Below, in pieces: positions 1 to 13,482 of a DNA stretch of 64,000 nucleotides. The stretch comes from Eledone cirrhosa (taxonomy: Eukaryota): NCBI GenBank assembly GCA_964016885.1, contig OZ024752.1, positions 16,120,001 to 16,184,000 of the forward strand. Direction: 5' to 3'. Numbering within the stretch: the first letter of the stretch is position 1; every line of letters begins with the position of its first letter. Under the pieces are notes generated by a model. That model did no database searches and had not been told where the DNA came from. It saw nothing but the letters and a program-made list of their open reading frames with translations. The position numbers and the translations under genes are program-made.

Positions 1-242
1 GTCAAACTCACATTTTCTTTATTAAACATTATTTACAACATGGAGATTGTTTCTACTAGTACTTCTCATATACATTTTACTATCAAGTCTGCCAGCCAAC
101 ACGGAAACAGTTACATGTTTGTTGTTCTCTCTCTTAGAAATAGAAGCAATATCTCGCTCAAATTATATCCAAACTTCTTACAAATCATGGGATGGTCTTG
201 GCTAGAATTTCTTTTATTATAGGTATGACCAGGGCTATGTTT

Positions 243-450
243 TGGCAATATCGGTAGTGCGTTGGACGACATGCTTTGTGGCATAGAGTTACATCCCTTT
301 ACGTCCTGAGTTCAACTTCCGCCAAGGTTAGCTTTGCCTTTCATCCTTACAAGGTCATGAAATAAAGTACCAGTAACACACTGGAATCGATTTAATCGAC
401 TTTCCCCTCAAAAACATTGTTGGCCTTGTACCTAAATCGGAAACTATTAT
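243..450 (+). mobile_element. tRNA-derived SINE, family A (Meta-domain-like core)
   Basis: B-box-like GAGTTCAAC, core GCCTTTCATCCT..AAATAAAGTACCAGT, 3' GGCCTTGT..GAAAC(TAT)n. Many related copies in the window. Confidence 0.8.
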
Positions 451-1582
451 AGGTTTACCCAATCAGCGTCTATTTTGGGAGCTAAAGAACAACACCAACC
501 TCAACAACATTTATGTATTCTAATTTTGTTAACATCTCAATATTTTCTAAAACAACTGTACTACTGAATAAACTATTCATAGATCAATAAAGAGATCAAT
601 TAATTGATTGTTGTCCAAATAATTCTAAAATATATTTTATTAGACGAACGACATTTACAGGAGATTTAATCTTTGTTGGTTACGGTGGTCAAATAGAGCA
701 CAGCTATTTATATTCCGACGGAGGATATTGTCATTTTAAATTTACCTTTCTTTATAAGTTTGGTTGAGTGTCATTTAAGAGATACTTTACTGCCCTGCTG
801 TAGTCAATCTAACTCACATTTTTGTTTGTGTGTTTTGTTTGTATTTTTACAGTCAACAAAGCTATTGACTCGAGGAGGTAAATTTTGTAGATTTTTAGGC
901 TTACCGTGCTAATGCTTTGTTATTGTAAATGTATAGTAATAAATCATGTGTTTGTGCCAGAAACAAAAGAAGTTAGTTTAGTATTTCATAGTTACGGCTT
1001 CAATTCGCTTTTTATTCAAAACCATTTCTACTGGTCCAAACATACATACATTGTCCAAATTATTATTGTAAAATTCTTTGGAAGAAGTGAAAATTGATTA
1101 GAGAATTCGAATACATCACACTCATTTTTGATGAATGTGGCTCACTATAAACTGCATAGATGTTGGCTGGTTGTTTCATAGCACATCATACAAAACTTTT
1201 TCTATCATATATCATATTCTCTCTCTCTGTTCATCTTCATATATGTGTGTATATAGATGTGTAGAAAGAGTGTTCAATACGTCATATAGAGTTTATGTTT
1301 GCAGTTTAACAGTTAAACCCTCCCACGCTCCATTTTAGTAGCTAGGAACATTTGTACCAAAATGTTGGTTCAGTTAGCATCCAGTAGAGTAATTTACTGG
1401 AGTAGTGTGAAGATTGAAACCCAGTTGATGTTTAGTAAGGATTATATTTTGTTTGTTAGATGCATTTGAAATAAAATGAAATTATATTTCTCTCCACCCA
1501 TTCTCTATCTCTCTTCCTCTCTCTCTCCCTATCTATCTATCTATCTATCTATCTCTTTATATATATATATATATATATATAT

Positions 1583-1931
1583 GAAACACAAATTTCAATA
1601 ATTTTGAAGCCCAAACAATGTAATAGAAAGAAAAGATAATCGCGCGCTAAGGTAACAAAAGAATCTTACCTTAGCAAGTTTAATGAACCCAATTATTTTC
1701 GGGTTTAAAAACGCATTATGAAGGGAATGACTTTATTAGTGAATTTAGGTTAAATCCGATCGATTTGTTTAAAGTCTCTAATAAGGTTACTCCCTTAATA
1801 ATGGGTTTTTAAACTCAAATTCTTTTGTTTTCTTGGAATTTAATTTTCTTCCTAACGCATTGTTTGGGCTTCAACATTATTTAAATGTCTGTTTCCTATT
1901 CCACAATGCGTCAAGCAAGCTACAGCACTGT
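1583..1931. mobile_element. Old inverted-repeat PLE-pLTR-like insertion with degenerate HHR
   Basis: 1583-1635 is the reverse complement of ~1843-1895 and the inner arms also pair. Minus strand 1685-1727 reads ccc TTCATAA tgcgtttttaaaccc GAAA ataatt ggg. Flanked by (TA)n, with a ~36-nt unpaired tail. Confidence 0.55.
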
Positions 1932-2001
1932 TATATATATATATATATAATTCTCACTCATCACACACATACATATACATAGACACATGCACACACACAC
2001 G

Positions 2002-2044
<43 letters not shown>

Positions 2045-2619
2045 CATTTGTAGCTGCGTTATTTCACCAATAATCCAAATACCATACCCTGGAACAGGCA
2101 GGTTGGTATATATACAGAGTGTTTCAAAATATTTTATATCAAATGAGATGTTCCTAAGTTTGTCACATCAACATATATATTGTGAATTATTGTTATATTC
2201 TTAACAAGTGTTGACCAATTAATCTTATGTTGCTCAACATTAATCCTGTTCAGTCCTATCTTGGATGATGTAGGTTTTTTGGAATATTTACATCTCAAAT
2301 GATATCTAAGTCTTTCAATACCTTGTATATCTTGTAGCTCCAATAACAGGTATGTGATTCAATGTGTATTTTGACTCCTGGACTTACAAACTCCTCCTCA
2401 ATGGCCCGTATAAACCTCGCCTCTTTTCATATCTTTCTTGCTACAGTGACATCGAGATGACAGCTGACTTTTATATTTGCACCTCCATAAAACAGCATCA
2501 AGCCGGTTGTGTTTTAATTTGATAGCCGACAGACAAGATCCCAGTCCTCATTCACTTAACAAGTGGGGTGGAGCTCGTCAAATCGGACCGAGGATACAAT
2601 GTTTCCATTGGTCTTTCCA

Positions 2620-2770
2620 ATTGCTAATACTACCTATTGGTCGCAAATCCAAGCAGAAGGAGAAACCTGAAATAAAGTGTCTTGCTCAAGAAAATAAAGC
2701 ATCGCCCTGTCCAGGAATCGAAATCACAACCTCCCGATTCCGAATCCAATTCACATCCACGCGCCTTCAC
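2620..2770 (-). mobile_element. tRNA-derived SINE, family B fragment
   Basis: gaaataaagtgtcttgctcaaga...ggaatcgaa (B box on minus strand). Similar to 23700-23855 and 29490-29817. Confidence 0.6.
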
Positions 2771-3947
2771 ACGTGTATGAAAATATTTGGCTATTCAATT
2801 CTATTTATATTTTGATCAATACATTTTTATTTCGGCGAACAACATAGGTAGGGGAGTGGGGTTGAATTGCGTTCATTTCTCTGTTGCCGTTCATTTTGAG
2901 AAGAGATCAACATGGCAACACTATGTTTCAACTGTTCACTAACAATATATCGGGTCAGATTGAAATATCATAACCATTGTTCCTCCTGTATTGTCATAAT
3001 AATGTTGCAGTCTACAAATTGAAACAAGTAAAAGAATAAAAGAATATATTTAAGAAATCACAAATAGTAAATTGGTGAAGTCGTTAGCGTCGGACTAAAA
3101 TATCTGGGTATATCTGAGTTCAAATCCCGCCCTGGTCAACTTTGCTACCATGCTTTCGAGGTCGATAAATAAAATACCACTTCATTACTAGAGTCGATTG
3201 TTTACCCTCTATACATTTTTCTGTATTTCTCTCTCTCTCACTCTCTTTCTATATTTTCTGGAAGAAATCGGCTGTGTTTGGACCTGGAAAGTAATGGGCT
3301 CCGTCCTATTTAACATCCCTAAAATACGGTACGCCATTTGTCAGAACGGTGTTCATATCACTCGATCAATTGTTATGCGCCCTTTATCCTGTATATTTAT
3401 GTCTATATTTACCTACAAGCCAGCTCGTTCAAATTGCCTTGTCGTGAGATGATAGATGCTTCTTTCAAATATGAAATAGGAAGATATTTTAAGTTAAAGG
3501 CGGATTGTATCGCAACAATGGCATTTTATTGAATTGAAAGATGAACCTGCTTGATTTCCTCGTATGACGGATTTTGATCTTCTCAATATTGGCAACAAGT
3601 AAAGCAAGCTAATTTTATTTAAGAAAGGAAGTGGTGTGGTGTGGATTTATCTAGTTTAGGTTTCTTGTAGGGTGGGATGTGTAAGGAAAGATTATATATA
3701 TCGTATCAAGCTTCTCATGCTGTATGAATTATGATACGAAAGGATTTGCTTTTGCAGTTTTAATTTTCAATTTAATTTTCGAAAACGGGATAATTGTATT
3801 TTGGATGGTATGAATTTGGCTACTATAGGCTTGATGTGTTTAGCGGTTGGGTAGGTCTTTAGGTTTTTGTATCATGTCTCATATACTGGATGGACTAAAG
3901 TTCTGATTGTAATGTCTGGTGGACGAACGGTTTATGCTAGGTTTTAT

Positions 3948-4345
3948 TCTTCTTCTTCTTCGCCCATTTATTCTGAGAAGGCCTTGGGGGCAGAGTCCTC
4001 AAACACGCCTTCCAGTGGATTCTGCCAGAAGTAACCCTCTCCAACTGATCTGGCTGGATACCCAAGCGAGACTAGCCAATCTCAGGGTCTACCCCTGGCT
4101 CACCTATCGGTTGGTTTTGCCCGTAAAATCTGTCCAGCCATACATATGCCCGTAATATCGGAGCTGTGATCTTTCAATTTGGAGAAGTAGCAGCTCTACC
4201 TGGAGTGACTCTCTGATCTCCGAGTTACACACTCTATGGAGTAACTTTAATCCAAAGACCATTCGGAGGAACCCCATTTCAGCTACTTTTATTTGCGATC
4301 GTATTCTTTCAGTCATAACCCAAGATTCATAATTATAGCTAAGGG
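3948..4345 (-). mobile_element. RTE-clade LINE 3' fragment
   Basis: Translation YNYESWVMTERIRSQIKVAEMGFLR..SEIRESLQVE..ERSQLRYYGH is typical of the RTE C-terminus. Ends in a (GAA)n tail. Confidence 0.85.
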
Positions 4346-4492
4346 TTAGCAATTACTGTATGGGTATTAATTTTATTTTATTTAACTGGGTTATTATATT
4401 TTGTGTGGTGTATTTGGCTAGTTTAGACATATTGTATTTTTGATTGCGGTAGGAAAAACTAGATATATTATGCCATGTCTCTGATATTGCGT

Positions 4493-4772
4493 TAGGATCG
4501 GATTTAATGGGGAGCAAAGGGGGAATTTGCCCCGGGCCTCATGCAGTGAGGGGGGTGCACCAGTGACAGACATAGCAGTTTATTTGTGCCTTCAGGTGGG
4601 ATTTTTAGTTTTAGGGTGGCTAGATTTTTTTTTATTTAATACCTGTATATATAACATTTCAATCCCAATTACTTGCGCCAAGCTAACTTTGATATGTAAA
4701 ATTAGGGGTGGGAGTGCTGTGTGTTCTAATGTTTGGGGTATGAGGGGCTACCAAGGTCTAAATCCAACCGTA
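4493..4772. mobile_element. hAT-like MITE
   Basis: Imperfect TIRs taggatcggattta / taaatccaaccgta, flanked by a duplicated attgcg. Confidence 0.5.
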
Positions 4773-5674
4773 ATTGCGGGGACTAAGATCCTCACTGAAT
4801 TTTCCTCCAGTCTGAAACCTTTCTCTGATGACAAAGTAAAGTATTTAGTACACGGTACTAAGATTTCTGGACGACACAGCTCGAAAATATCAATTTAAGA
4901 GGCGAGTCTTAATTTTAATTGTATTTAATTGGGAATAGGTATTTGGAGTAGTGTGTTTTGTGGTTAGTTTAGGTTTGTTGTGTTTAGTTGTTTAGGAGGT
5001 TTTATAAGGAACAACTGTAAACCATTTCGGAAAATTAAAGAAATTATGTAGTTAGAGTATAGTTAGTTTCAAGTCAATTATTATGGAAATATACAGAAAC
5101 GTGAGATTAATATAAATTCGATAATAAATAAACAAATGCTAGAAGAAAATATGCAAGTGATGAAGGGCTTCTCTCTCTTTTTTCTAACTCTCACTCTTTT
5201 CCTTTTAAACACAGAAAAATATAGAATATGAGATACTTTGCAGATTAAGTGATTCCTTCCCATTCTACTTTCAGTATTTGTTCTGAAATACATAAAACAA
5301 CATCGATATCAAAACAAGTGTCTCTTATCTGCAGGTAACTTCAAATAAAGCAAACTATCACAATGTTTATTTTCAATAAGGAACATGTGATTGCTGTTGA
5401 GGCGAATAAATCGGCATAAATTTGAAATAAAGCTTCCGTAGTGCTGTGCTAGCGTTCTGTTTAACGAAGGTGACAGCAACACATAGCACTAAATAAACAA
5501 ACAGACGTCTGTGAAGTGTCGGACATTAAGATATGTATACGAAAGATAAGTTTATTTCAATTTACATTCAAGTACAGATATATCTTCTGCAAATAGTTTC
5601 AAGTACTTCTAGAAATACTGGGAAGTTTAAGGAATCGAATTGCATATATTTATGGTAAATACTACGTCAACATA

Positions 5675-5713
<39 letters not shown>

Positions 5714-6323
5714 TGGCTGCCAACTCGTTTTCGAGTACGGCCACTACTTTATATCCATGTAGGAGAACCCCTACCGGTGCGCTGAACGAGTGTGGGTTTT
5801 TAGTCCAGCCACGACTTGAAAACTCTGGTACAAACACTACACTTGTGACAATTATTGACACATAGTGCTGGACCCATGGTACCATGTGACGACAAGTGCA
5901 GAGAGATCTCCAGATATAAAGCAATGCCTGTGCCGTGAAGCTTTTATAGTGAGCAAAGGCACTGCACAAAGCCAGTCCCACTCTCTTAACCAAGATGATA
6001 TTTACCAAAAAGAAGAACAAGTCAACATCATTGGATACCATCAGGGTTGCGGGTGTTATATCAGAGTTTTCATTCTCCTAGAATTCTGCCTTGACAAAGG
6101 CTAAGGGGTCATCTCTCCCGGTGATTTTGGATGGCCATTTACTCTCAAGATCTCCTTTGCTATATACATATACATACAATCATTTAGATATACATACATC
6201 TATATATATACATGCATACGTATATATATATATATATATACATACATACAGTTATATATATATATATATATACATATACAAACAAACATTTAGATATACA
6301 TACATCTATATATACATGCATAC

Positions 6324-6374
<51 letters not shown>

Positions 6375-6526
6375 AACAGTTATATATATATAAGTAGAAA
6401 GGATATTTAATTTGTTGGAAATACAAGTATAAATGTTTATAACTAATTCAGAGCACTCGACAGCTTTCTGGAGTAAATATTCACTGATATTAAATAAATG
6501 GAAACTATATTTATAAAACCATATTT

Positions 6527-6584
6527 ATTCTATTATATATATTTCAAGGGTACCAAAATTTTGGTACGCTATCATCAGATAAAA
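6527..6584 (-). ncRNA. Type I hammerhead ribozyme motif in PLE-pLTR-like repeat (6395-6660)
   Basis: Minus strand: ttttat CTGATGA tagc gtaccaaaattttggtac cctt GAAA t atat a TA atagaa. Flank is related to 30828-31030. Confidence 0.8.
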
Positions 6585-7720
6585 TACAAAATGTTTTATA
6601 AATATTTGACATAACCAAGGATAATATACCTTAACGGTTCAAGTTATCCCTGGAAAGTGAAGGGAAGAGAAAAAAAAACAGATATTTAAAATTATTAATA
6701 TGAGTATGCAAATGAGGTTTATGTAAAAGGGTTGAAAAAAAAAAGTTATTTTAGACGCTATGGAAATTTTAAATAATTATGATAAGTTATTGTATGCGTA
6801 CGAAAGAAGAGAAAGGAATAACGTTAATTTGGGGGAAAAGGTTTGTTACCTATATTATGAATTATAATATTGTATATATAATCAATTAGATTATATGAAG
6901 AATTATGGTTGTAATTATTTTTATCTTATTACATTAGGATAGGTTATGTGTATATAAATATCTATGTATATATTAAGTTGCGTATGTATTGATTGATTTG
7001 TGGGAGTAGAATAATTTGTGGATTCAAAATTTTGTTCAACATTGAGAATGTTTTCAGAATATTGTTAATTTAACGAACGTCAAACAAAAAATCGTTAAAG
7101 AAGAAGGAAAAATAAGAAGAAGGAAAAGGAAAAGGTAAAGGAAGACCACTTAAACGTTAATTTGGGGGAATATATTCAAACATTTGTCTATATTATGTAT
7201 ATATTTATATGGAGAATTATGTTTGTAAGTATTTATCTTATTATAATAATATATAAATATATATATATATTTTAATAATAGCATATCTATTTTTATTAAA
7301 AGGATAGTTTGTTTATAATATGAGTTACGAGGGATGTTGATGTCTATAAACTCCGTGTGCAATTTGATACTTGTAGTATTTTAAACTGCATGCGGACATT
7401 ATGGACACCCTGTATTGATTTTGAAAACCTACAACCACCACACACAATCTAAGAGTTTTTAGATGTACATGCAGTTGTATGTAATAACTGACACCCTCAC
7501 GACCTCATCTTCTTTCATCTGGTGAATGATCCAGTATGTGTGAGTTCCATCACTGGCCAGGATATTTTCTTTACCAAACCTGAAACAGTGAAAGATAACG
7601 GGGACCTTGCTGGGATTTGAACTGAGAACGCAGCGTTACGGAACACGCAACCAACACCAGACGCTTTAATAACTCTGCTCCATCAAACGTTGTATTATAC
7701 TTAAAATAAAACACATCCAA

Positions 7721-8157
7721 TAATGGTTTCTGATTGAGGCACAAGGCCAACAATTTTTGGCGGAGGGGAAAGTCAATTAAATCATCCCAGTGCATTACTG
7801 GTACTTTATTTATCGAGCCTGTAAGGATAAAAGGCTAAGTTAACCTCGGCGAGATATGAACTCAGAACGTAAAGGGCCATCAAATCTATGATGCAAAGCA
7901 AGGTGTCCGTCGCTCTACCGATACTGCCAATCCACCACCCTAAACACACCAAATAAGGATTTTTACTATAGTCACAAGGCCAACATTTTATGGGAGAGGG
8001 GAAAGTTGATTAAATTGACACCATTGCACAACTGGTACTTTATTTATCGAACCCATAAAGATGAAAGTCAAAGCTAACTTCGACGGGATTTGAACACAGA
8101 ATGTAAAGGACCTCTATGCCGCGAAGCATGTTGTCCGACGCTCTACCAATACTGCCC
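7721..8157 (-). mobile_element. Two tandem family A SINEs
   Basis: Two reverse-complement copies (7721-7940, 7955-8157) with actggtactttattt..aaaggc..tttgaac. Confidence 0.8.
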
Positions 8158-8478
8158 TAAACACACCAAGTATATTAGTCACTTTATAGCGAAATATATT
8201 TAGCTAGATGCAAATGCACAAATGAGCGCGTCTTAATTTGAATTCTTAATTTCATTAGGGTTTGATTTGTTTTACAAAATGGTGATGATCGTTTCTGTAT
8301 ATAGAATGTAATATTGATTAAATATATCCGAAGTCTTCCCAATATAATCGAACAAAAATGGTAAGTAAACTCTAGTTATAACGAAACTCAGAACTGTTGA
8401 AATCCAAATTCTTAGTTATTTGTATTGGAGCATTTGATCTGAGAATATCGAGAAACACACACACACACTCACACATAA

Positions 8479-8528
<50 letters not shown>

Positions 8529-8653
8529 AGGAGGTGAGTTTTATTGTAGTACAATAAAGCAATGCTGATATCGGATAAGTAGCACTCTACAGTTTGTAGG
8601 ACTGGAGTATAAATAATATAAGATCAAAAGATGGTTAAAAGAGTTCCATGTAT

Positions 8654-8719
8654 ATTATTATGCGCATTTCAAAAACAAATATCATCATGAGATGATATTT
8701 GCGTTTTCGTCAGATAAAA
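8654..8719 (-). ncRNA. Type I hammerhead ribozyme (mirror copy)
   Basis: Exact reverse complement of 8842-8907. Confidence 0.85.
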
Positions 8720-8841
8720 TAGGGATACATGATATGAAGGTTAAAAAACACTTGTGAATAGTGAATTTTTAAATCAACATATGTTGATTTAAAAATTCAC
8801 TATTCACAAGTGTTTTTTAACCTTCATATCATGTATCCCTA

Positions 8842-8907
8842 TTTTATCTGACGAAAACGCAAATATCATCTCATGATGATATTTGTTTTTGAAATGCGCA
8901 TAATAAT
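8842..8907 (+). ncRNA. Type I hammerhead ribozyme
   Basis: ttat CTGACGA aaacgcaaatatcatc-tcat-gatgatatttgttttt GAAA t gcgc a TA ataa. Predicted cleavage after AUA (8902). Confidence 0.85.
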
Positions 8908-9045
8908 ATACATGGAACTCTTTTAACCATCTTTTGATCTTATATTATATATATATATATATATATATAAAACGAAGGAAATGGGGTAAGGAACCAGATG
9001 GTAAGGAACCAGATGTTCCTATATATATATATATATATATTATTC

Positions 9046-9255
9046 AAAATATTCTCATAATAAAAATATATACTTTATTATATATATTTCAAAGGTACTG
9101 TGTTGTTTTTTCAGTACGTCTTCATCACACAAAATATATAGCGGTATGTCATATATCAAATCATATATTTTGTCTGATGAGGACGTACTGAAAAAGAAAC
9201 ACAGTACCTTTGAAATATATATAATAAAGTATATATTTTGATTATGAGAATATTT
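9046..9255. mobile_element. Inverted-repeat element with HHR pair
   Basis: Arms 9046-9139 / 9163-9255. Plus-strand HHR 9168-9228: ttttgt CTGATGA ggacgtactg..cagtaccttt GAAA tatata TA ataaa. The minus copy has GTGATGA. Confidence 0.8.
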
Positions 9256-10079
9256 TTCATTTGTTAATATTTTGAATAATATTAAAAACTCCAGGAAAAC
9301 CTTTTTTTTTAGTGCTTCTAATCTATTGTAAAATTTTCTTCATTGAGTAATCAATATCCCTGAGAACTACATTAAGATTACCCGTGTCTGTGGAATGCTC
9401 AGCTACTTTGCATCTTACGGGATCGATGAAATAAAATACCAGTAACGTACTGAGGTCGACAAAATTGTTGGCCTTGTGACTATAGTAGGAATCAAAGTTC
9501 CACTGAGGTTAATTTTGACTTTCATACTTACGAGGTCGATAAAATAAAGTACCAGTAATGCACTGAATAATTTCTGACCTTGTGCCCAAAATAGAAACAA
9601 TTATTATTATAAATCTTAAATTGGTAGTATCTTTACTAATATTCATGATATTAGAACCAATAGGAACAATATTGTTATTTGAAAGATCATCGAGAGACGG
9701 TATTTAGTTATATTTATTTACACTGTTTGAATTCCATCAAGCTCGATAAAATAAACAGCAGACATGTAGTTCTATATAATCGACTATGTGCCCACAACAT
9801 TCGTGTGATATTCTGTTTATATTAGAAATCAATATCATTGGTAAAAGAGATAATGTGTATGAAAAAATGTCATTGCATTATTTAGTTTCATATCTTTACA
9901 TACTCAGTTCACAGCTTACCAGGGTCGGCTTCACGTTTCATTGATCCTATGTTAATAAAATTACTACCAGTAATATACTTGTCGTTGTTTTAAATCGACA
10001 AGAGTTTCCCTATGTTTGATTTTGCGTATTATAAGACACCAATAACATGATTGTTAAAATGAGAAAGAGATTTAGAGGA

Positions 10080-10235
10080 AGAATAGACCCCAGTACTAGG
10101 CTGATACTTTTTTTATCGACCTCGAATGGATGACAAGCAAAGTTGACTTGGGTGGGATTTGAACTCGACGAGCAGAGAGCCGGAACCAATACCATAAAAC
10201 ATTCTATCCGACGTTCTACAACTCTACCAATTCGC
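10080..10235 (-). mobile_element. SINE family A variant
   Basis: tttatcgacctcgaatggatga..aaagttgac..ggatttgaactc. Confidence 0.65.
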
Positions 10236-12924
10236 CTCCTATATAGAATATGTACCAATCAAGTATTGAGTCAATTCCATCTCCTACACCCATCCCTTTC
10301 TAAAACGTGTGGCATCATTATATCGTTATAAAATCATAATATGGTTACTAAGAGGGTTGTTCTCATAGGTAATAGATTCTCGGGAAACCTCATTATGTTT
10401 TTGTTGTGGTTATGCTTCAAATTCTAGTTTTATACTGATACATTTTAAAACATATATTTACCGTCACAAGTGCCATCACATTGATCAATGACTAGTAATG
10501 GTCCTTAATATGGTCCTTGCGTTGGGTGTCTTGAATGAAATATATGAACTGTATTGGAAGGACGAGATTGGTGAAAGAAGTAAAACGTGTGACAGAAGAG
10601 AAAGAAAATAAAAATAAAAATGAATGTGAGGGAGGAAAAAGAAGTATAGGAATGAATGAAGAACTGAATGTATCAAAATGAATTATTCTAAATGTGAGAG
10701 CGAATCAATGTTTGAAAATACTCAATTAAATATATTTCCAACTGCTGTAATAAAATATATGTGTATCACTCAAACTAAGATCACAACATATAATAAATTT
10801 CCATGTCAATCTAATTCATCTCCCTAGCGACTTCAACGTTCTTCAAAAAATATATGAATTTCACATACTCTCTCACTTTAAACCGCAAGCAAATGGTAAT
10901 AAAATTGTAACTGTAAATATTGATTTTTAATATCATAAATATTGATAAGCAAACTATAGCTTTAAAATTGTGTTTAAAGAAATGTGAAACAAATATTGTA
11001 ATTTAACTTATAAAACGAATTTCTGTAAGTTGGAAGTCGAGAACATCTATAGCCGCTTATTAGAAACTGTTCCTGGATAATTCCTTGCTAGAAGTGTTGC
11101 AACTTCGTCGCCATCGACATGAATACATTTAACCAATCTTTGTAACATCAATTCACTTAGTATATATTTCGTTATTTGTTTAATTTTAAATTTGCTCGCA
11201 ATACTGGCTGTTATTTTTTTTAACTACAGTAGATTGTACAGAACATCATCCATCACTTGAGATACTTCTACTTCAATGTTTGTTCGCCTGTTATTGATAA
11301 CGTGGCTGGCGATCTAAATAGGAATTCAGAAACAAGACTGACATTATAAACAAAAACATAGTGGCCTCCAGCACATCTCCGACTCAACTCCACATGTAAT
11401 CTATTGTACAATTTTCAAACTATTTCTCTTCTTTTTCAAACATAAGATGAATCCAAACGATTGTTCTCTTTGTTCAGGAATCGTTCTAAATATATCATTC
11501 AGTATGTCCATTTATGAATTCCGTTGTGATAATATTAAAAATATGAACTATGATTGTAAATTAATCTGTAAAGCACTTCATGTCATTATATTTTTAGAAC
11601 CTTTGTCGATAAGTGATTCTCTTCTAGTTTGAAACATTCAATAACATTCAATAAGGAAAAGGTTCCAGGCTCTGATTTGAGGTTCGAAGCATACCTTTAA
11701 CTGTCAGAATCATACGTCTCCACAACCAATTACATACGTAGTCTATTTCAAATATTCATGATTTTTCTGTTTTGTTTTTGTTTATATTTATTTATATTTA
11801 TATAAAACATGAATCGCATTTAAATAAAATATACATATGCTAAAGTTTATTAAATAAATTTTAACTTGGTTTCACTGTAAAATATAACATGAATTCTACA
11901 AACTACGTGATGTATTAGTAGGTAATTCAAATAACGAAATTGATGTAATACTTATCGACAGAGAATCTACATTGATCTTTATTGGCGGGTTATATCACAA
12001 GTTTTAAGAAACAGTTTCAGATTTGTTCATAATATTTTTGAACATATAAAAACAACAGAAATATGCTCCAATGATCAGTCGCTCTTGTGCATTTTTTTAA
12101 TGTTAATAACTGTGTTGTTTATAGAAATATATACTTATCCTTTTTATTTCTAGGTTTGTGGCATGATTTGTAACAATATAATTATTAATGTAGTTTAATA
12201 TCCTCTTCGATCTCATCGTAGAAGTATATAAAAAAGTCTTAAAGTTATTTATTTATAAAGTATACAAAGAAAGAATATCAGTGTGTCTTACGCCACCAAC
12301 TGTATGTATGTGTTAGTTGGAGTAAAAGATAGTGTGAATGTTAGAGTAACATCATTTGCTTATGGCTTTTTCGTGTGTGATGTAAAAATGGCGTTGGTAA
12401 TACATTGTCATGTGGTTTCTTGCGAAACAAGTTCAATATATTTTTTTGAATTTTCTTTCTTTAAAAGTTTCTTTTCTTTTCGTTATAGACATTGTATCAA
12501 TTAATAAATTATTGAACAAGTACTTGGACGAAAACAACTTGTAGTTTGTCCATTTTGTTATGGTTACACAGTAAGTATTTGAGCTGTTCCTTATAATTAT
12601 GCTATAGATTCACATAATTCTGTATACTACCCAGTGTCTTTGTTGCAATTATTGAATGAATATCTTAAATATGAACATTTTAAAAGTTGTTACTCTTGTT
12701 TTTATTGATTTCCAATTTTTTTCTTCTATTAACTCAGAACAGAACATCAAAATTATAGAACACTGAACTTGCAATCAGCGTAAAAAGACGCACATATCCA
12801 GTTTAAAACAAAGGAAAATAGTACAAAGCAAACATTGTTCTTCATCGAAAGACTTTCTGGAATAACATCATTTGCATCATAAGTTTGTCCTACCATTCTG
12901 GTCTGTTTACTCCAGAGTATATTG

Positions 12925-13263
12925 ATAAACAAGAAGTATAAGTCAACTAGATAAAATTAACTTCGTTTATTCATAGTCGATGTTGTATATATCTCGGTGA
13001 TAACCGTTATGCAACAGCTATGACCTCATCGGACAGCTAGAATTTGAACAGAAAAAAACATAAAAACATAACGATGGAATAAAGCTTGCTTCTGTGAAGG
13101 AATCAAAACAACTGAAGTAAGCTTTAATCCATCGTTATGTTCAAACTCCAGCTGTCTGATGAGGTCATAGCTGTTACATAACAGTTATCACCGAAATATA
13201 TATAACAGCGACTATGTATAAACAAAGTTAAATTTATTCTGTTGACTTATACTTCATGTTTAT
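12925..13263. mobile_element. Inverted-repeat element with HHR pair
   Basis: Plus-strand HHR 13151-13209: gctgt CTGATGA ggt catagctgtta-cat-aacagttat cacc GAAA t atat a TA acagc. Degenerate minus copy at ~12980-13038. Abuts (TA)n. Confidence 0.85.
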
Positions 13264-13373
13264 ATATGTACATATATATATATAGAGAGAGAGAGAGATA
13301 GATAACAGGCATGGCGTCTATATGAACTCTGCTAGAGTAGGATTTCAAACCTTAGCATTAAACCGTACTGAGG

Positions 13374-13482
<109 letters not shown>

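Larger units (their letters stand above)
8526..8948. mobile_element. Fold-back PLE-pLTR element: 336-bp perfect palindrome (8613-8948) plus tail
   Basis: Loopless centre aaatcaacat|atgttgattt at 8780/8781. Tail 8526-8612 matches the reverse complement of 22500-22585. Microsatellite flanks. Confidence 0.85.

Noticed and set aside
5710-6160. Unique-looking island between TA tracts with 79-121 aa ORFs
   Set aside because: No motif, HHR or terminal structure recognised; probably an unclassified repeat fragment.
12980-13230. A-to-G bias between hairpin arms as a fossil of ADAR editing
   Set aside because: Too few sites, and several are equally explained by CpG decay in the other arm.
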